Assembly (NCBI GenBank): GCA_934487205.1 | Contig: CAKSRS010000002.1 | Span: 29,116 to 93,115, forward strand | Direction: 5' to 3' | DNA: 64,000 bases | DNA from: an uncultured Clostridia bacterium | GTDB lineage: Bacteria > Bacillota > Clostridia > UBA1381 | Shown: positions 1-8,419 of the stretch, in pieces | How positions within the stretch are numbered: the first letter of the stretch is position 1 | How the letters are laid out: the number at the start of each line of letters is the position of its first letter | Program-made: the position numbers and the translations under genes | Notes under the pieces: generated by a model | Seen by the model: only the letters and a program-made list of their open reading frames with translations | The model's database searches: none | What the model was told of the DNA's origin: nothing

Positions 1-2982
1 TGTGCTTGTTACCATATCTTCCGGGAAGTCAAAAGTCTTACCGTTCACATAATAACGAAGTGCGCTGTTTGTATTTTTCATTTCTTCCGCTATCCAGCTT
101 GCAACTTTTTGCGCGCCCCATTCCGAAATATGAATTATGTCTTTCCCATTGACCGTGCTTTCATTTATGACCTTACCATTTTTATTAAAGTTAGCCTTCA
201 ATACATCTAAGTTGTGCATATGCATAGCCGCCTCGACATATTCATACCCTTCTTTATTCTGCAAATCCACGCTCTCTTGCCAAATATCAATACACGGAGC
301 ATTATATTCTTTAGCAACTTCCTTCATAAGGTCTTTATATCCGTTAAAATCATCTGACCCTGCTGTTTCGTTCAGATTCGCCGGTGAGGTTACGAATATA
401 ATCTCTGCGCCGTTTTCCTTTGCTATGTCGGCATAGAGTCTTAACATATTTTTATAATCATAGTTGCTGACATGTCTATAAGTATCGTTTTCTCTGCAGT
501 CGTTTTCCATAAAGGAAACTAAAAGTATATCGCCTGCCTGCATTTTAGATGCCAGTCTGTTAAAAATACTGAATCCGATAAATGTTCTTGTTGTGCTCCC
601 CGAAGTAGCTTCATTCTGTGCTGTTATACTATTATTAAAGTAATCAGCAGCGTATGCGCCCCAGCCTTGCATCGGATATTTTTTTTCATCAGTAGTTCCC
701 TCATATGTGTGAACTATCGAGTCGCCCGCAATACGAATTGTTCTTGCCGTTGTATTATCGGGAACATGCGCATTTGTTAACGGTGTAATGTTATCAATAG
801 TATCCAGCAGCATAACTTTTGTATAAACACCGTTGATATCCGCCGGCAATTGCATATCAATGGTTACATTTTTCGTTTCGCCTGCATTAACGCCATCAAA
901 TACTTTTTGAACAGGTTTAACTTTTATTAAATTCCCGTTCTTATCGTACAGTGCCAAAATCAAAACACCCAATTTATTATATTCGGCATTCTTTCTGACG
1001 GTAACAGATGCTATTTTGCCGCCGGCAGTCAGATACGGCGTGTACTTATCATCTTTGTCCGTAAAGTTTACGCCGCATATCTCATAGGCTTCGTCGGCAA
1101 AAATGAGTTTTGAATAGGCTTGGCAAAGCGCATCGTTTGCCGCATCTATCGCATCTTGAGTTGTTTCGCTTGCAATATATGCCGTCTTTGCTGTATCAAG
1201 AGCAGTTTTATAGTCGTTATAAATGTCTTGTCTGATGTTTGTACCGACAACTGCGCCGCTGAGAGCTTTCTCGCCTTTTCTTATGCTCGCCAGCAGTTGT
1301 CCGTAGTTAATGCCTTCCTCAGCATCATTGTAAAATCTTGTAACATTAATATTATCAATATAAACGGTTGCTCCGCCCGCATTAACATTAATACGATTCA
1401 TATATTCCGCATTAAGAAAATCTGCGCCTACTTTTGAACCCAAATCTTCCGCTATTACGGCTTGAACGTTATTTCCGTTAATATATAACTTTTTATTACG
1501 TCCTACATAAGTGTTGCCTTCTTTTGCAAATTCCGTTACAAGACGTATTCTGTTCCATTCGCCGTCTTTAAGCTTTATAAATGCTCTTTCTTTTGTATAT
1601 CCGCTGTCATTAACATACGTAAGCGTCACATAATTATCTTCAAAAGTCAAGGTGTTAACAGCCTTGCCGTCTTTACCCGCCCATGTTATCGTCGGATAAT
1701 TTGTGCTGTCCGTGCCAACCGTCTTTATATCAAATTCCGTCATTGTGCGGAACTCTCTGTTTGCATTTATATATGACGGACTCGTGAAATAAAAACGCTT
1801 GTTACCGGTCACTTCCAATGCCTTGCCGATGCCGTAGGTGCTATCATTAACAACGCCGTCATCTGTATCACTTTCAAAGTTTTTGCTTAAAACATTTACT
1901 GTTGTGGTTTCCGGAGTACCGGGGTCCTCGGGTTCTACAATCTCTGTTTCTATTTCACTTCTTCTTTGATAGATATTAAGGTTCGAAACAAGCAGCTGAC
2001 ATGACTTGGATGCAATGTAAAATCTTTTTTCTTTACCCTGTAAAGCCGAGATATTATAGCTGTTGATAAGTTTCCATGTATCTGTATCTTCGAACTTCAT
2101 ATAAAGACTCATTACGCCGCCGTCTGCTACAACCTTGCAGTTTATTACCTGGTTCAAATACGCTGTTGACTTATCAGCCTTTTGATAACTGTATATGTAT
2201 GTCTTTTTTGTCGTAGTATCAACATCAGTTTGCTCAGACTCCGATATGTAACTTCTTTTTGCCATATCTGCAGCAAACTGTTCAGCCGTTCTGTCATCAA
2301 TAACCGCTGAAATCGGTGCTATTCCGTCACTATTAAATTTTGACGGAATAACGGTTGTCATCATATTAACAGTATCACCCATTGATACATATTCACTGTC
2401 GGCATATTGAGTCAACCGAGTGTTTTTCGCTGCGGTCGAATTAATAAGTCCGATATCAAGGTACGGAACAGCCGTCTCGGTTGAGCACATATTAGGGAAC
2501 TGCAAATCAAATGTTATTCCGAAATTTTTGTATTCACCGCCCACATACTGTAAATGCTTGCCCTTATGATCTACTCGTATAGAATAAGATATCATGCCGG
2601 TTCTTCCGCGCGGATTTGCTCCCAGATAAATTGGGTTTGTAATATCTGCACCATTGTATTTCGTTGAAATACTGCCATAATAACCCTTACCTGATTTTTC
2701 AACAGTTATTTTATTGTTACAATCCGTATACGGTCCCCACCCGCCCGGGTCATTGTCACCGCCCGATGTAACAGTAAGAGTATCATACACCCATTTAGAT
2801 GAATCGCCCGATGCATTTTCCGCCACAACCTGCCACGGGTCGTCGGCGGTATCTACCATATCAACAGCCTGGCTGCTATCATCAATCACACTTGCGGTTG
2901 CAGCGCTGACCATAACATTCGGTACGGCAATCATACTCAAAATCATATTCAGAGCAATTGCCAAAGAAACTGTTTTTTTCAT
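1..2982 (-). CDS. Secreted multidomain carbohydrate-active protein with a C-terminal SGNH/GDSL esterase domain (rhamnogalacturonan acetylesterase-like); the 3' end runs off the window
   Basis: Absent from the ORF track because there is no stop in the window. The reverse frame is open from ATG 2982-2980 (AAGGAGG 7 nt upstream) to position 1. The N-terminus MKKTVSLAIALNMILSMIAVPNVMVSAATA is a signal peptide. Near the window start the frame reads IAGDSIVHTYEG..GWGAYAADYF..ILLVSFMENDC..IIFVTSPAN..DIIHISEWG, matching SGNH blocks I, II, III and V. Confidence 0.75.
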   Translation of the reverse strand, partial: MKKTVSLAIALNMILSMIAVPNVMVSAATASVIDDSSQAVDMVDTADDPWQVVAENASGDSSKWVYDTLTVTSGGDNDPGGWGPYTDCNNKITVEKSGKGYYGSISTKYNGADITNPIYLGANPRGRTGMISYSIRVDHKGKHLQYVGGEYKNFGITFDLQFPNMCSTETAVPYLDIGLINSTAAKNTRLTQYADSEYVSMGDTVNMMTTVIPSKFNSDGIAPISAVIDDRTAEQFAADMAKRSYISESEQTDVDTTTKKTYIYSYQKADKSTAYLNQVINCKVVADGGVMSLYMKFEDTDTWKLINSYNISALQGKEKRFYIASKSCQLLVSNLNIYQRRSEIETEIVEPEDPGTPETTTVNVLSKNFESDTDDGVVNDSTYGIGKALEVTGNKRFYFTSPSYINANREFRTMTEFDIKTVGTDSTNYPTITWAGKDGKAVNTLTFEDNYVTLTYVNDSGYTKERAFIKLKDGEWNRIRLVTEFAKEGNTYVGRNKKLYINGNNVQAVIAEDLGSKVGADFLNAEYMNRINVNAGGATVYIDNINVTRFYNDAEEGINYGQLLASIRKGEKALSGAVVGTNIRQDIYNDYKTALDTAKTAYIASETTQDAIDAANDALCQAYSKLIFADEAYEICGVNFTDKDDKYTPYLTAGGKIASVTVRKNAEYNKLGVLILALYDKNGNLIKVKPVQKVFDGVNAGETKNVTIDMQLPADINGVYTKVMLLDTIDNITPLTNAHVPDNTTARTIRIAGDSIVHTYEGTTDEKKYPMQGWGAYAADYFNNSITAQNEATSGSTTRTFIGFSIFNRLASKMQAGDILLVSFMENDCRENDTYRHVSNYDYKNMLRLYADIAKENGAEIIFVTSPANLNETAGSDDFNGYKDLMKEVAKEYNAPCIDIWQESVDLQNKEGYEYVEAAMHMHNLDVLKANFNKNGKVINESTVNGKDIIHISEWGAQKVASWIAEEMKNTNSALRYYVNGKTFDFPEDMVTST

Positions 2983-3359
2983 GTCATATCCTCCTTAATA
3001 ATCCGAATTATAAATACATGTATTTGTCAATCAGTCTCGCGAAATGCGAAACTTATACATTTACATTTTAACATTAACAACATGTTCTGTAAATACAATA
3101 TCTTTACCAAAATGTGCAATATTTTTACTATTTTTTGATTATTAACTATTTTCCACCCATATAAAACAGCGAAAATATGTTAATATTTCAATATCATTAT
3201 CAAATAAAAAAATATAACTTGGTTATATTTACCAAATTAAATTGCACATTTTGGTAAAGATATTGTATTTACAAAGCAGTTTACACATGTTAGAATAAAC
3301 TCAGGTAAAATTATTGCAAAAATGCAAACAAAATATGAAGAAAGCGGAGTGAAAACAAT

Positions 3360-4706
3360 ATGATTAAAAATTTCTATACACCGAATGATTTTTCCGGAAG
3401 TGACAGCGAACGTATCCAAGCAGCAATATACGAAGCAAAAAAAACAGGCGCGGACAGGGTAGTTATACCGAAATACAACAGCGGAACGGATTCCATGAAA
3501 TGGGTTATCGATAAAACCATATTGCTGCCGTCAGACATAACAATTGTTCTTGATAATTGTTATATGGTTATGGCAGATGATACATATTGCCAAATGTTTG
3601 CAAACGAGAATCTGTTTGATGAACGCGGCAGGGACAAAAGCAATGAGCAAAAGAATATCAATATTATCGGCTGCGGCAATGCCGAAATATCCGGCGGAAA
3701 AGAGAATAAACTTAATGAATTCACTTCCAAAAAGGACGGAAACCCGCACGTTTCCGCCAATGTATTGATTTATCTTTATAACGTCCGTGACTTTAAAATA
3801 GAAGGATTTCGGATTTCGGATCAGCGTTGGTGGTCTATTTTGTTGCTGTACGCAAGATACGGCAGCGTAAAAAATATTGATTTCAAAATCAATTTCAGAC
3901 ACAGCTACGGCGTGTGGAGAAATCAGGACGGAATTGATTTGCGCAGCGGCTGCAACAATATAAGCATAGAAAATATCACCGGCGAAACCGGCGATGACAT
4001 GATAGCTTTGACAACTCTTATAAGCAAAAATCATTTTGAACATTCTTTGAAAATAGAGGGCAGAGATACCGATATTCACGACTGCACAATCCGTAATGTA
4101 AAAGGATTTTCAAATATGTGTGCAATCGTCAGATTGCTGAATCAGCATGGAAACAAAATATACAACATATCAATAAGCGATATCTTTGATGTCGGAACGC
4201 CGAAGCTCGAATCAAAGGTTCAAATGGTTTTAAGAATAGGCGAAGACTCATATTATGAATCATTTGCCGAACGCGCAAAACCCGATGAATTGTATAATAT
4301 TTCAATTAATAATATCTATTCAAAAGCGCTCAGCGCCATACATCTGGAATTGGCAGCAAAGAATTTGCATGCAAGCAATATATTTGTAACCGAAAAGGGA
4401 CATCATGCCGTAACATTGGGAAGATTTTATATGAATAATGTATTTATGTATATTCCGGAACGTTACGAGGAATATGAAAAAGAACGGCTTATTCCCGATA
4501 AGGATCTTAACAAAAAGACTACTTTGAAAAATGTACAAATCGAAAATATTTATTATTCCGCAAAGCCGGATTATTACAAACCCGCTGTATGCGCGGTATC
4601 AAACGCTGAGTTGATTAATGTAAGCGTAAAAAATATTTATGCGGAAGACGATATCAAAAAAGAGGAATATTTTAATATGGAAGAAAAAAATATTGTTCTT
4701 AATTAA
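3360..4706 (+). CDS. Right-handed beta-helix (pectin-lyase fold) glycoside hydrolase, GH28-like
   Basis: 448-aa ORF with repetitive beta-helix rungs. NQDGIDLRSG..GETGDDMIALT resembles the GH28 Asp cluster. It sits next to esterase genes. Confidence 0.65.
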   Translation: MIKNFYTPNDFSGSDSERIQAAIYEAKKTGADRVVIPKYNSGTDSMKWVIDKTILLPSDITIVLDNCYMVMADDTYCQMFANENLFDERGRDKSNEQKNINIIGCGNAEISGGKENKLNEFTSKKDGNPHVSANVLIYLYNVRDFKIEGFRISDQRWWSILLLYARYGSVKNIDFKINFRHSYGVWRNQDGIDLRSGCNNISIENITGETGDDMIALTTLISKNHFEHSLKIEGRDTDIHDCTIRNVKGFSNMCAIVRLLNQHGNKIYNISISDIFDVGTPKLESKVQMVLRIGEDSYYESFAERAKPDELYNISINNIYSKALSAIHLELAAKNLHASNIFVTEKGHHAVTLGRFYMNNVFMYIPERYEEYEKERLIPDKDLNKKTTLKNVQIENIYYSAKPDYYKPAVCAVSNAELINVSVKNIYAEDDIKKEEYFNMEEKNIVLN

Positions 4707-4777
4707 TAGACTACAGGCTATAAAAAGTCTGTAAAAAAGATTCCATCTATGAGAATATAGATAATATCATAGATGGA

Positions 4778-5032
4778 TTGATTCAGGAGTATAGCATCAA
4801 GAGTGCAGAAGATATTCAAGAGGCATTAAAAGACCTGTTGGGTGGAACGATTCAAAAAATGATGGAAACTGAACTTGACGAACATTTGGGATATAGTGAA
4901 TATGAGCGCAGCGACAATCCCGATTACCGGAACGGCGTAAAAAAGAAGAAATTGCGCAGTTCATACGGCGAAATACCGATTGGTGTTCCGCAAGACCGTG
5001 ACGGTGATATTCAGCATTTAATTACATTTTAA
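4778..5032 (+). pseudogene. IS256-family transposase fragment (N-terminal about 80 aa only)
   Basis: LKDLLGGTIQKMMETELDEHLGYSEYERS..YRNGVKKKKLRSSYGEIPIGVPQDRDG is the conserved N-terminal region of IS256/mutator-type transposases. The ORF ends after 84 aa and no DDE domain follows. Confidence 0.7.
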
Positions 5033-5061
5033 AAACATTTTATATTTGCAAAAAAAACGTG

Positions 5062-5089
5062 TTGACAAGTGTTTTTTCAGTGATATAAT
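5062..5089 (+). promoter_or_regulatory. Sigma-A type promoter upstream of the esterase gene
   Basis: TTGACA (5062-5067), 16-nt spacer ending in TGA, TATAAT (5084-5089). Confidence 0.5.
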
Positions 5090-5193
5090 TGAAACTATAT
5101 GGAAAACCATGTGAATTTAAAACTGATAAAGCGCCAAGAAAATCGCTTAAACCCTATATGGTATGGCGGATATTTTGATAAAGGAGATTAATT

Positions 5194-5937
5194 ATGGAAC
5201 TGAAAGACATATATTACACACGAAATAACATACCGGAGCAGTCGCTTGATATATTTTTACCGGATAATGCAAAGGGTGAAATACCTGTGTTTATATATTT
5301 TCACGGCGGCGGGCTGGAGTCCGGCAGAAAAGAAGAAATCCCGCCGCAGCATTTTGTTGAAAAGAATGTGGGAGTAGTATCAGTTAACTACCGTATGTAT
5401 CCCGATTACAGGTATCCGGATTTTTTATGGGACTGCGCTGCAAGCGTAAAATGGGTAACAGACAACATCGGGAACTATGCGAATGTCTCAAAAATATATG
5501 TAGGCGGTTCATCGGCAGGTGCATACATTGCAATGATGCTTTATTTTGACAGCAGATATTTTTCGACATACGGTGTTGATATTAACAAAATATCCGGATT
5601 TGTTTTCAATGCCGGTCAGCCGACGACGCATTATAACGTGCTTAGAGAACGCGGCATCGACTCAAGAAGGTGTATTATTGATGAGGCGGCTCCGCTGTTT
5701 CATATTGAGGAATACAAAAACCAACCTCCTGTGTTGATTTTTTGTGCGGATAATGATATGACTAACCGATATGAGCAAACGCTGCTGTTAATCGGAACAT
5801 TAAAGCATATGAATTATCCAGAAGAAAATATACAGTTTGAATATTTACGTGGTCACTGCCATTGTGATTACATCCAAGACGCAAAAGTATTTGCTGACAG
5901 GATTCTTGATTTTATAAACCGAAATAAGAGAAACTAA
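5194..5937 (+). CDS. Alpha/beta-hydrolase esterase (carbohydrate esterase/lipase-like)
   Basis: 247 aa. HGGG oxyanion motif (FHGGGLESG), GxSxG nucleophile elbow (GGSSAGA), and a GGAG RBS upstream. Confidence 0.8.
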   Translation: MELKDIYYTRNNIPEQSLDIFLPDNAKGEIPVFIYFHGGGLESGRKEEIPPQHFVEKNVGVVSVNYRMYPDYRYPDFLWDCAASVKWVTDNIGNYANVSKIYVGGSSAGAYIAMMLYFDSRYFSTYGVDINKISGFVFNAGQPTTHYNVLRERGIDSRRCIIDEAAPLFHIEEYKNQPPVLIFCADNDMTNRYEQTLLLIGTLKHMNYPEENIQFEYLRGHCHCDYIQDAKVFADRILDFINRNKRN

Positions 5938-6045
5938 GGATAAGGTTATTTGCTTTGAATATCGGAATTATCCGATGTTGCTGTAAAAGCACTGTTCAAA
6001 GTTTCATTTTGAAGTCGAAATAATACTGCCTGTGGAGGATAATAT

Positions 6046-6750
6046 ATGAAAATTTTATCAATAGGAAACAGTTTTTCTGAAGATGCACAACGGTATCTGC
6101 ACGCAATAGCGGAAGCCAACGGTAAAAAACTGACGTGTGCCAATCTGTATATCGGGGGCTGTTCATTAAGACAGCATTACATAAATCTATCAGACAACGA
6201 AAAAAACTACATTTTTCAATTTAACGGTGAGAACACGAATATTAAAATTTCAATCAAAGATGCGGTAAAAAGCAATGAATGGGATTACATAACGCTTCAG
6301 CAGGCAAGCCATGAGAGTTTTGATATCAATAACTATACACCATACCTCGAGAGCATAACAAAATGGTTGAGATTAAGATGTCCGAACACGAAAATATTGC
6401 TGCACCAGACATGGGCATATCCGCAAGACAGGGAAAGACTTTCGGAAGTTGGTTTTAAAACTACTGAGGAGATGTTTGCGGCAGTTAAAGACGCGTATAA
6501 TAAAGCCGAAAAATTGATAAATGCGGATAATATGATAAAAAGCGGCGACGCTATGCTTAAAGCATACAGGCTTAATCCTGACATTGTTTACCGCGATGCG
6601 ATTCATGCAAGCTACGGTTTTGGCAGATACCTCGTAGGCTGCGTTTGGTATAAGGCATTATTCAATCAAAAACCAAAAATTCAAATCAGCAGCTTTGATG
6701 AAAATATAACCGATGAGGGTTTAAAATTGATAGACAATATTATGCAGTAA
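6046..6750 (+). CDS. DUF4886-like SGNH-fold hydrolase
   Basis: 234 aa. The N-terminal KILSIGNSFSED motif is typical of DUF4886/SGNH-like proteins. GGAGG-type RBS (tggaggataatat ATG). Confidence 0.6.
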   Translation: MKILSIGNSFSEDAQRYLHAIAEANGKKLTCANLYIGGCSLRQHYINLSDNEKNYIFQFNGENTNIKISIKDAVKSNEWDYITLQQASHESFDINNYTPYLESITKWLRLRCPNTKILLHQTWAYPQDRERLSEVGFKTTEEMFAAVKDAYNKAEKLINADNMIKSGDAMLKAYRLNPDIVYRDAIHASYGFGRYLVGCVWYKALFNQKPKIQISSFDENITDEGLKLIDNIMQ

Positions 6751-6791
6751 ACCTGCGGTCGTTACAAACATAAACAGAGGTGAAGCTAATT

Positions 6792-6953
6792 ATGTATAAA
6801 CAAAAACTCGGATTTTCCATGTTTGGATCATATGAACACGGTATGTCAAGCGCCGTTAAGCTCATCAAAGACTGTAAGTTTGACGCGATCTCTCCCGTAT
6901 GGACAAATGATTACAACATAGAAGAAATTGCAAATGTACGAGTTACTTGGTAG
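6792..6953 (+). pseudogene. 5' stub (53 codons) of a gene truncated at the left boundary of repeat module copy A
   Basis: ATG 6792 with an AGAGGTG RBS. It reads MYKQKLGFSMFGSYEHGMSSAVKLIKDCKFDAISPVW.. and stops at the TAG formed inside GGTAGG, exactly where the repeat begins. Identity is uncertain (sugar-phosphate isomerase/TIM-barrel-like N-terminus). Confidence 0.4.
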
Positions 6954-6969
6954 GTGTAACACAATTTTT

Positions 6970-7057
6970 TTATACAAACCAAACAGGCTGCCCGATACGA
7001 GCAGCCTGTTTAGTCCACAAAAATTCCCATAGGTCTTTTTGAGATAATCAACAACAT
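6970..7057 (-). ncRNA. Candidate about 85-nt small RNA driven by P1 and ending at an intrinsic terminator (copy A)
   Basis: The perfect consensus promoter P1 lies 5-7 nt upstream. The transcript would end at hairpin 7011-6981 followed by UUUGGUUUGU. The sequence is identical in all three copies. Confidence 0.4.
6981..7011 (-). terminator. Intrinsic terminator hairpin of the P1 RNA (11-bp stem)
   Basis: AAACAGGCUGC/GCAGCCUGUUU stem followed by a U-rich tail on the minus strand. Copy B carries one substitution, which gives G.U on the minus-strand RNA but A-C on the plus strand. Confidence 0.6.
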
Positions 7058-7061
7058 TTTT

Positions 7062-7090
7062 ATTATACTACTATATGTTGTATTTGTCAA
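7062..7090 (-). promoter_or_regulatory. P1: perfect consensus sigma-A promoter (copy A)
   Basis: Minus strand TTGACA (7090-7085), 17-nt spacer, TATAAT (7067-7062). Conserved in copies B and C. Confidence 0.65.
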
Positions 7091-7197
7091 TAGTTTTTTA
7101 CAAATATATTTCATTATTTTCATTTTTGTTGCAACATAATTACTGCACGTTTGCACATGTGCGATTTGGGGCTTTTGTCTTTTTTCGTAAAAAGGCA

Positions 7198-7226
7198 TTG
7201 ACAAAACTGTAAAACAGGCGTATAAT
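7198..7226 (+). promoter_or_regulatory. P2: perfect consensus sigma-A promoter (copy A)
   Basis: TTGACA (7198-7203), 17-nt spacer, TATAAT (7221-7226). Both hexamers are conserved in copy B although the spacer carries 3 substitutions. Confidence 0.65.
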
Positions 7227-7232
7227 TACAAT

Positions 7233-7376
7233 AGAAAAAGGCAAAACCTCAAACGGTTATGCCAAGAAATCAGTTATTTATGCAATAACCGTCTTGCCAG
7301 AGGCGGTTATTGTGCGTTTATGGGAAATATTATCATTAAGATAATAAATACAAAAAGCGCTATGAGCAGCTTTTTC
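7233..7376 (+). ncRNA. Candidate about 145-nt structured RNA from P2, with an 18-nt hypervariable single-stranded segment (copy A)
   Basis: Hairpin HP1 is 7240-7263, the variable segment is 7265-7282, HP2 is 7283-7312, HP3 is 7328-7346, and a terminator-like hairpin plus U5 is at 7352-7375. Substitutions in HP1 and HP2 between copies are compensatory or wobble only for plus-strand RNA. Confidence 0.45.
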
Positions 7377-7520
7377 GCCATAAGTACAATGCTTACTTTT
7401 CATAAGCATACCCCCTTTCATAGACTCGGCATTTCTGCCTGTGAATATAAAAGTGTGGGCATAACCGCCGGTGTGAACACCGTTAAGAAATCTCGCCTTT
7501 AACATCGGATTACTCCGACA
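7350..7520 (-). ncRNA. Candidate about 170-nt structured RNA from P3 (copy A)
   Basis: Minus-strand hairpins carry GNRA loops. UCGGA-GUAA-UCCGA (7518-7505) has loop GCAA in copy B. GGCA-GAAA-UGCC is at 7439-7428. CGGUG-UUCA-CACCG is also present. It contains an AAAGGGGG Shine-Dalgarno 7 nt before AUG 7403. Confidence 0.4.
7352..7375. terminator. Candidate bidirectional terminator between the convergent P2 and P3 transcripts
   Basis: AAAAAGCGCUAUGAGCAGCUUUUU: an A-tract, a short GC hairpin and a U-tract. The same architecture reads on both strands. Confidence 0.35.
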
Positions 7521-7526
7521 AATCCT

Positions 7527-7555
7527 ATTATACACTATTATACGATGTTTTTCAA
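7527..7555 (-). promoter_or_regulatory. P3: near-consensus sigma-A promoter (copy A)
   Basis: Minus strand TTGAAA (7555-7550), 17-nt spacer, TATAAT (7532-7527). Conserved in copy B. Confidence 0.55.
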
Positions 7556-7633
7556 GAGATTTTGCAGAGAGCAATCAAATTGGTTGATAATGACTTATGC
7601 CCGCGGCGGACATTTTGACAGAATATGATAAAA

Positions 7634-8209
7634 TCACTTCGTTTCAATCAACAATTTTCTTGTCATTCCCGACCATGCTTTTGTAATTTCGTCGGTCAGA
7701 ATGGCATACTCAATACCTTTTTTAACACCTCTGTTATCCCATTCGTCCGTGAGTTCTTTTCGTACTTGAATAGCCTGCAAGCGTTGATTTATCCATTCTC
7801 TTGTATAGCCCTTTTTCAAATATGTCTCAAGAGCTCTGTCTATCGTAAGTTCCGGGTCTATCGTTTCGTCAATTCTCTCGGCACCGACTTGCGCAAGCCA
7901 TTGTTTGAACGGCTCGGCTTTGGGCGATGGAATTGACTGTATAATACGCAAAACGCCTTTTGTGTCCGACGCTTGAATTTTTCTTTTTTTTCCGTCGTGT
8001 GCAATCATTTCAACAGGGGTACAAATTGTACCCCACTTCAAATTCAGTTCAGGATCACGCTGACGCATTTTTTTGATATATTGTTTAACATCTTTGCTGT
8101 CGGTAAGTATTTCAACTATATCATAAATTGAAAAATACCATTCCTCGTGTTCGCTGTCCCACGCAGTACGGATTTTTTTATTTTCGAATATCTGTATATT
8201 ATTTTCCAT
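7634..8209 (-). CDS. Bro-N domain / DinD-like (DNA-damage-inducible protein D family) protein with a non-homologous 3' end
   Basis: 191 aa. Contains IRTAWDSEHEEWYFSIYDIVEILTDS (Bro-N) and KAEPFKQWLAQVG..ILTDEITKAWSGMT. Homology to the second dinD-like fragment (9030-9137) breaks at about 7672, just before module copy A. Confidence 0.7.
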   Translation of the reverse strand: MENNIQIFENKKIRTAWDSEHEEWYFSIYDIVEILTDSKDVKQYIKKMRQRDPELNLKWGTICTPVEMIAHDGKKRKIQASDTKGVLRIIQSIPSPKAEPFKQWLAQVGAERIDETIDPELTIDRALETYLKKGYTREWINQRLQAIQVRKELTDEWDNRGVKKGIEYAILTDEITKAWSGMTRKLLIETK

Positions 8210-8419
8210 TATGTATACCTCGTCAAAAAGGTTATTTCTAATATATCATACGTTCGTATAAAATACAAAAATATTGATTACTTTTTTTAACCACTTCCGC
8301 CCCGAACGACACCAATATAGCGTTGCCGGCTCGAAATTCGTTTTGGGCGGCTGTTTGGAAAATTATCCTTGCAATCAACAGTATGATGGTTATTTTAATC
8401 ACATAGTCGGTCTTTGGTT

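Larger units (their letters stand above)
6949..7621. repeat. Repeat module copy A (R2 part only), promoter-dense and apparently non-coding
   Basis: Aligns base-for-base with 9295-9969 at roughly 93% identity by manual count. Block 7313-7511 is identical to 9661-9859. The left 232 bp also align with 10789-11020. Confidence 0.9.

Noticed and set aside
7278-7574. 98-aa ORFs (7278-7574 and 9626-9922), 64-aa ORFs (7010-7204 and 9357-9551) and 60-aa ORFs (7320-7502 and 9668-9850) inside the repeat module.
   Set aside because: The long versions span the promoter hexamers themselves and have no RBS at their starts. Where the copies differ, the changes are non-synonymous or preserve RNA pairing rather than the protein. 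Only the internal 41-codon ORF with a strong SD was kept as an open question.
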